The notes below the pieces were generated by a model that saw only the letters and a list, made by a program, of their open reading frames with translations, searched no databases and was not told the origin of the DNA. A stretch of DNA of 64,000 nt, taken from positions 1 through 64,000 of the forward strand of contig CAVTWJ010000016.1 of assembly GCA_963738405.1 (NCBI GenBank), written 5' to 3'. Below are positions 58,745 to 64,000 of the stretch, piece by piece (position 1 is the first letter of the stretch; every line of letters begins with the position of its first letter). The position numbers were made by a program, and so were the translations under genes. The stretch comes from a candidate division FCPU426 bacterium. GTDB lineage: Bacteria; Oederibacteriota; Muellerivitia; Muellerivitales; Muellerivitaceae.

Positions 58745-59272
58745 TCATGAGGGGTCCTTTCGGGCGATCACAATGGCTCCCACAAGGGCGGAGAGAAGGA
58801 GAATCGAAACAAACTCAAAGGCAAAGGCAAACCCATTCGAGGGAAGGATGAGGGCGGGCCCCAGGGCATAAACGTTGTTCATGGCGGATGCGGCCGGCGA
58901 AGCCAGGGTTCCCGGCGGCTGATCGGACCACTGAAAAATGGATTGGACCAGGGCGAAGAGAGTCACAAAAAGAAAGGAAGCGCCCACGAGAAGTGAAAGG
59001 GGCACCTGTGAATTTCGAGCGGGGGTTTTTTCGTCCATCACATTCCGCGTCAACATGATCCCGAATATGACAAGAATGGTCACAGCCCCGACGTAGATCA
59101 GAACCTGGACGGCGGCTAAAAACTCGGACCCGAGGAAAAGAAACACGCCCGAGACGCCGAACATGGCCACCGCCAGAAACAAAGCGCAGTGAAAAAGATT
59201 TTTCAACGCCACCACCATGAGGGCGGAAAGAATCACGATCGCGGCGATGGCGTAAAAAACATAGGGGGTCAT
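58745..59272 (-). CDS. nuoJ: NADH-quinone oxidoreductase subunit J
   Basis: AAVQVLIYVGAV, FEFVSILLL. Confidence 0.95.
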   Translation of the reverse strand: MTPYVFYAIAAIVILSALMVVALKNLFHCALFLAVAMFGVSGVFLFLGSEFLAAVQVLIYVGAVTILVIFGIMLTRNVMDEKTPARNSQVPLSLLVGASFLFVTLFALVQSIFQWSDQPPGTLASPAASAMNNVYALGPALILPSNGFAFAFEFVSILLLSALVGAIVIARKDPS

Positions 59273-59790
59273 GCTTGGGCTCCGGTGGCGGCCGCAGGAA
59301 CCAGAGCGGGAGTTGCCTCTTCCGGCTTGGGGGCCAAATGGGGAGGACGTACCCACTTCATGGCATTCTCATCTTGAAGAAGGCTTCCCCGCCGGTAGAC
59401 TGAATTTTCATATTCTTCAGAAACGAAGGTAAGCGCGTCGAATCCACAAGCCTCCACGCAGTAACCGCAAAAGATACAGGTGGAAAAATCGAGTTTAAAG
59501 GTCGTCATACGCCTTTTGCCATCCGGCATGCGCACTCCCTCCAGCTTGATACAGCTGTTGGGACAGGCCTTCGCGCACATCATGCAGGCCACGCAATTGA
59601 ACTGGTCTTTTTCGCCATCGTAAATCAGTTTGATCATGCTGCGGCTGCGGACCGGCAAGGGCAGGCGCTCTTCCGGATATTGGACGGTCGTGACAGGCTT
59701 GAAGAAATATCCAATGGTGACAGAAAGACCAACCAGCAAATTCCAAAGGCCCGTCAGAACGCCCCAAAAATATTTAAAGATCGTACCCAT
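59269..59790 (-). CDS. nuoI: NADH-quinone oxidoreductase subunit I
   Basis: TVQYPEE, CVACMMCAKACP, CIFCGYCVEAC. Confidence 0.95.
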   Translation of the reverse strand: MGTIFKYFWGVLTGLWNLLVGLSVTIGYFFKPVTTVQYPEERLPLPVRSRSMIKLIYDGEKDQFNCVACMMCAKACPNSCIKLEGVRMPDGKRRMTTFKLDFSTCIFCGYCVEACGFDALTFVSEEYENSVYRRGSLLQDENAMKWVRPPHLAPKPEEATPALVPAAATGAQA

Positions 59791-59791
59791 G

Positions 59792-60856
59792 TCAGCCTCC
59801 CTTCTGCATCATCAACAAAACACACCCCGTGAGAAGAATATTAATAATGGAGATGGGGATCAAAACTTTCCACCCGAAATCCATCAGTTGATCCACCCTC
59901 AAGCGCGGAAAAGTCCAGCGGAACGACATAATCAGGAAAATCATCGCCAGAAGTTTAAGCATGAACCATACGAACCCGGGGACCGGAAGGCCGGACATAA
60001 AGGGAAATGGAAGCCAGCCGCCAAGGAAAACAGAAACAGCGACCGCCGAGGAAACCACAATGGCGATATATTCGCCTAAGAAAAACATCGCGAATTTAAC
60101 ACCGGAATATTCGGTGTGGAACCCGCCGATGAGTTCCGATTCAGCCTCAGGAATATCAAAGGGAGCCCGGTTCGCTTCCGCAGTGGCGGAAGTGACAAAA
60201 ACAAGAAATCCCACGATTTGGGGAACCACAAACCACATTCCAAGCGAATGCTGAAATTCCACGATGGCGTTCAAGCTCAAGGTGCCCGCCGTCATAATGA
60301 TCGGAACCAAAGAAAGGACAAGTGGAACCTCGTAGCTGACGATCTGTGCGGCGGATCTGAACCCGCCCAGTAGGGCAAAACGGTTATTCGAACTCCATCC
60401 TGCCGTTAAGATTGCGATCACGGTGAAGCTTGTAATGGCAACAATATAGAGTAGACCTACATTGAGATCCTGAACGACTACTCCTTTATCAAAAGGAATC
60501 ACCACAAGGCCCATAAAGGTCGCCACAAAAGCGACGATGGGCGCGATGGTATAGGGAATCTTATCCCGGTGAGCGGGTTTGACATCTTCTTTAATGGTTA
60601 ACTTGATCGCGTCCGCGAGGGTCTGTAATAAACCCAAAGGGCCAACCCGATTGGGACCTATGCGGCTTTGCATGTGCGCGGAGACTTTGCGTTCCATCCA
60701 GACCAAGAACATGACGAATAGGGATGTGGCCCCAAACATCGCCACCACAATCACCACCGAATCCAAAAGGGTCGTCCACCTCGCCACTCCCAATGAGAGA
60801 TAAAGCCAATGGAGCGTTTCCCCGATTTGAAAAATCAAGTTAGAGACCAGGTTCAT
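59792..60856 (-). CDS. nuoH: NADH-quinone oxidoreductase subunit H
   Basis: ERKVSAHMQSRIGPNRVGP, AQIVSYE, RAPFDIPEAESEL. Confidence 0.97.
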   Translation of the reverse strand: MNLVSNLIFQIGETLHWLYLSLGVARWTTLLDSVVIVVAMFGATSLFVMFLVWMERKVSAHMQSRIGPNRVGPLGLLQTLADAIKLTIKEDVKPAHRDKIPYTIAPIVAFVATFMGLVVIPFDKGVVVQDLNVGLLYIVAITSFTVIAILTAGWSSNNRFALLGGFRSAAQIVSYEVPLVLSLVPIIMTAGTLSLNAIVEFQHSLGMWFVVPQIVGFLVFVTSATAEANRAPFDIPEAESELIGGFHTEYSGVKFAMFFLGEYIAIVVSSAVAVSVFLGGWLPFPFMSGLPVPGFVWFMLKLLAMIFLIMSFRWTFPRLRVDQLMDFGWKVLIPISIINILLTGCVLLMMQKGG

Positions 60857-60882
60857 AATGGGAAGGGCCCTTTCATGATGGG

Positions 60883-62025
60883 TTACCGGTCAACTTCTGG
60901 GACGATTAAATCGAAACTGCCAAGGACTGCCATGATGTCGGCGACTTTCCATCCGCGGGTCAACTGGTCGAGGAGATAAAGGTTGCTGAAGGAAGCGCAG
61001 CGGAACTTGGCCTTCCAGGGTTTCGGAGTGCCATCCCCCACCAAATAAATGCCCATTTCCCCCCGGGAAGATTCGGTCCGCACATAAGCCTCGCTGGCCA
61101 CAGGGGCCTTCAAAATAGGAGGCATCTTAGCTTCGATGGGCCCGGGTTCCAGCTTATCCAAACATTGACGGATGATGGAAACACATTCCCGCAGTTCGTT
61201 CATCCGCACTTTGTAACGGCTCCAACAATCCCCCGCCGTCTGAAGGCACTCGTTAAACTTGACTTGATCGTAATAAAGATAGGGCTGTTGTTTTCGAACA
61301 TCGCAGGAAACCCCGGAACCCCGCAAGGACGGCCCCGTGAAGCCGCAGTTGATGCCGACTTCCGGGGTAACAATTCCTACCCCGCGGGACCTTTCAAGAA
61401 ATATGGGGTTATAAGTTAATAAGTCCTCATACTCGTCAATCTTGGGTTCGAAATAGTCGAGAAAGGTTCGGCATTTGGCGGTAAATTCAGGAAGGATGTC
61501 GATCATGACCCCTCCGATTCGGATGTAGTTGTAGGTAAGGCGCTGCCCGCAGGTCATTTCAAAAAGATCGAGAATACGCTCCCGTTCCCTTAAACCATAC
61601 AAGAATGGGGTCAGGGCCCCGATATCGCCCGCGAAAGCGCCAAACCATAGAAGATGGCTGGCAATACGTTGAAGTTCACAAAAAATCATTCTCAGCCATT
61701 GGGCCCTTGGAGGCGCCTGGATGCCCATCAGCTTTTCCGCAGCCAGAGCAAATGCCAGATTAACTGTCATCGCCGAAACGTAATCCACCCGATCGGTATA
61801 GGTAATACATTGGGGATAGGTACGGTTTTCACAGATTTTTTCGATGGATCGATGCAGATAACCCAAGACGGGCGTTGTTTGTTTTACGGTCTCGCCGTCG
61901 AGTTTGACGATCAACCGCAATACGCCGTGGGTCGCCGGGTGTTGGGGCCCCATATTGACGACGTACTCGTCCGTGCCGATGGAAGAAACGTCCCCCTTAA
62001 TTCGGCTTAACAATAAATCCGTCAT
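60883..62025 (-). CDS. nuoD: NADH-quinone oxidoreductase subunit D
   Basis: [28 protein letters not shown]-terminus; no NiFe CxxC pairs. Confidence 0.96.
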   Translation of the reverse strand: MTDLLLSRIKGDVSSIGTDEYVVNMGPQHPATHGVLRLIVKLDGETVKQTTPVLGYLHRSIEKICENRTYPQCITYTDRVDYVSAMTVNLAFALAAEKLMGIQAPPRAQWLRMIFCELQRIASHLLWFGAFAGDIGALTPFLYGLRERERILDLFEMTCGQRLTYNYIRIGGVMIDILPEFTAKCRTFLDYFEPKIDEYEDLLTYNPIFLERSRGVGIVTPEVGINCGFTGPSLRGSGVSCDVRKQQPYLYYDQVKFNECLQTAGDCWSRYKVRMNELRECVSIIRQCLDKLEPGPIEAKMPPILKAPVASEAYVRTESSRGEMGIYLVGDGTPKPWKAKFRCASFSNLYLLDQLTRGWKVADIMAVLGSFDLIVPEVDR

Positions 62026-62470
62026 CGGAAAAATCCTTCCTGAGGGGATACTTCAAATAATCATCCGGCATCATGATGCGGCGTAAATCCGAGTGGCCGT
62101 CAAAAATAACCCCATAAAGGTCAAACACTTCCCTTTCAAGCCAATTGGCGCTTTTCCATATATTTTCCAGCGTAGGCGCCAGGGGTGTAGCCCGGGGAAC
62201 GTCCAACTTGAGGGTCAGTTGATGTTTTTTCTTATAAGACCAAAGGTGGGAAACCACCGTGATTTTATTTTCTTTTGGGTAATCCACTGCTGTCAAATTG
62301 GAAAGGTGGTCAAAGTCGAATTCATTGTTTTCTTTTAAGGACTTTGCCAAAAAAAGGTAGGTTTCCGATTTGGAGGTTATGATTACTTCTCCCTGAGGAG
62401 ACAGGGCCACTGATAAAATCGAATCCTTAAAATCGGTTTCGACTTTATTTTTGAGATCTTCGTTCGTCAT
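61997..62470 (-). CDS. nuoC: NADH-quinone oxidoreductase subunit C
   Basis: [24 protein letters not shown]. Confidence 0.95.
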   Translation of the reverse strand: MTNEDLKNKVETDFKDSILSVALSPQGEVIITSKSETYLFLAKSLKENNEFDFDHLSNLTAVDYPKENKITVVSHLWSYKKKHQLTLKLDVPRATPLAPTLENIWKSANWLEREVFDLYGVIFDGHSDLRRIMMPDDYLKYPLRKDFSDDGFIVKPN

Positions 62471-62499
62471 TTAAATAATTCCTTAAAATAGCGAATAAT

Positions 62500-63042
62500 T
62501 CAAACGCCTCGCCGTCTGCGAAAAACCGGCTCATCATCTATTTTCTTTTGGATGGCCATCAAACCATGGATCAACGATTCGGGTCTCGGCGGGCATCCAG
62601 GAACGTAAACATCCACCGGCACAAAGGAATCAATTCCCTTCACAACAGTATAGGAATCGTAATAGTAGGGACCGCCGGCTATCGTACAGCTTCCCATTGC
62701 GATCACCCAGCTGGGTTTTGGCATTTGTTCATATAGCCGTTTAAGGGCATATCCCATTTTTTCCGTAATCGTCCCGGCGGCGATTAAGAGATCCGCTTGC
62801 CTGGGGGAAGGCCTGAAAACCTCGGCCCCAAAGCGGGCCAAATCATAACGCCCCCCAGCCGTTGCCATCATTTCGATGGCACAGCAAGCCGTTCCAAACT
62901 GAAGAGGCCACAATGAATTTTTTCTGGCCCATTTAAAAATAAACCCCATGGCCTTTTCTAAGGTCCAAAGGCCCGGGATCTTGCTTTCATCTTCCATGAG
63001 TTGTATTTCGGATTTAGAAATGCCCGGCAGGGTTAATCCCAT
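62500..63042 (-). CDS. nuoB: NADH-quinone oxidoreductase subunit B
   Basis: [37 protein letters not shown] before ATG 63042. Confidence 0.96.
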   Translation of the reverse strand: MGLTLPGISKSEIQLMEDESKIPGLWTLEKAMGFIFKWARKNSLWPLQFGTACCAIEMMATAGGRYDLARFGAEVFRPSPRQADLLIAAGTITEKMGYALKRLYEQMPKPSWVIAMGSCTIAGGPYYYDSYTVVKGIDSFVPVDVYVPGCPPRPESLIHGLMAIQKKIDDEPVFRRRRGV

Positions 63043-63413
63043 TTCAACGCCTCCTTTTTCCAGGCATAGGCCAAGCCCACGAGAAGAATGGCAATAAAAA
63101 CAACCATTTCTCCGAAGCCAAAAACGCCCAATTGCCGGAAAGAAAGGGCCCATGGGTATAAAAAAACCGTTTCGATGTCGAAGATAACGAAAAGGAGAGC
63201 ATAAAGATAAAAGCTTACGTTGAATCGAATCCATGAGGTGCCGTAGGTTTCCACACCGCATTCGTAGGTATCGACAAGGACATCTTTTTTATATTTGTAT
63301 TGAAGCCCTAAAAGTCCGTTGGGGCTTAGAGCCCAACCTGTCACGAAAGCCATCACGATGAAAAATATTCCCGCCAAAAGGAAAACCAAAACGCTGCCAT
63401 ATTGCTCCAACAT
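63033..63413 (-). CDS. nuoA: NADH-quinone oxidoreductase subunit A
   Basis: [19 protein letters not shown]. Confidence 0.96.
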   Translation of the reverse strand: MLEQYGSVLVFLLAGIFFIVMAFVTGWALSPNGLLGLQYKYKKDVLVDTYECGVETYGTSWIRFNVSFYLYALLFVIFDIETVFLYPWALSFRQLGVFGFGEMVVFIAILLVGLAYAWKKEALKWD

Positions 63414-63503
63414 CAGCGCCCCCCTCTTTGGTTAATGATTGGCCCCGAACAACGTATTCTATACATACGTCGCAGTAAAATATCAAGCTTAACCCCGAGA
63501 GGT

Positions 63504-64000
63504 TCAAAAATCCCGTTCGAGAATGAAATCAGCAAATTGAAGCAATTCGGTATTGTCTCCTCGTCCGTTCAAACCGCGCAATGAAGATTTGGCTTCTTCC
63601 GCGAATCGGCGTGCGACGCCGACTGAATAGGCGATAGCGTCATATTTTCTCAAAAGCTTTCCTAAAAAAGAAATATCGGAGGCCGTTTTCACTTTTTTCA
63701 GTATTCCAGCCTTAAGTCGTTTGTTTTCGGCGGCAGTGGCATTCGCCATGCAGTGAAGCACCGGCAAGGTCAATTTTCCTTCGCGCAAATCGCTCATAAC
63801 CGGTTTACCAACCCGAGAAGCTTTTCCCACAAAATCCAAAGTGTCATCAATGATTTGAAAGGCCATCCCAACACCCAAACCAAAATTGTAAAGGCTTTGG
63901 ACGGTTGTTTTGTCACCACCCATCAGCATTGCTGAAGATTGACAACTGGCCGCAAGGAGAGAGGCGGTTTTTTCGCGGACCACTTGAAAATACTGTTCTT
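63504..64000 (-). CDS. Polyprenyl diphosphate synthase (3' part; runs off the window)
   Basis: KTASL, GMAFQIIDDTLD, GKP..DLREGKLTLP. Confidence 0.92.
   Translation of the reverse strand, partial: EQYFQVVREKTASLLAASCQSSAMLMGGDKTTVQSLYNFGLGVGMAFQIIDDTLDFVGKASRVGKPVMSDLREGKLTLPVLHCMANATAAENKRLKAGILKKVKTASDISFLGKLLRKYDAIAYSVGVARRFAEEAKSSLRGLNGRGDNTELLQFADFILERDF

Noticed and set aside
60883..62025. Group 4 [NiFe]-hydrogenase large subunit
   Set aside because: Lacks both CxxC metal-binding pairs and has NuoD quinone-site motifs
1343..63261. Many antisense or alternate-frame ORFs in the track (e.g. 1343-1927, 18743-19405, 25687-26367, 45752-46324) and N-terminal extensions of nuoB, nuoJ, 48053-48583 and 45785-47905
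   Set aside because: They overlap well-supported genes and show no motifs; downstream starts with better RBS or coupling explain the real genes

Overview
Chromosomal window from a diderm bacterium. It has BamA/TamB/Lol genes together with mcsA-mcsB-clpC and many Pro/Thr-rich secreted proteins, which suggests a poorly studied lineage; taxonomy cannot be fixed from the sequence alone. Most of it is housekeeping: nifU, surE, bamA, tamB, clpC-mcsB-mcsA, lolD/lolE, lysS, frameshifted prfB, pheT-zapB-zapA, glgP, 6S RNA-rarA-5-FTHF cyclo-ligase-ymdB, a tetrapyrrole cluster (ccsA-hemA-hemC-cobA/hemD ... hemB ... hemL) and an 11-subunit complex I operon lacking nuoEFG. The hem cluster is split by an ~12 kb accessory region (about 36.5-48.4 kb) with no integrase or transposase. 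That region holds (i) a ParB-family protein fused to a transmembrane segment and a putative VirB8/TraE-like periplasmic domain, with two palindromic candidate binding sites inside its own gene; (ii) a tandem array of Rhs-CT / immunity / small secreted protein units joined by a 391-bp repeat containing a covarying hairpin; (iii) membrane PH-like proteins, a TPR-beta-barrel protein, a RelE-like/RHH pair and a PilZ protein. A separate AT-rich gene between hemB and hemL is bracketed by two copies of a 28-bp hairpin. All protein assignments come from reading motifs by eye; no database searches were run.
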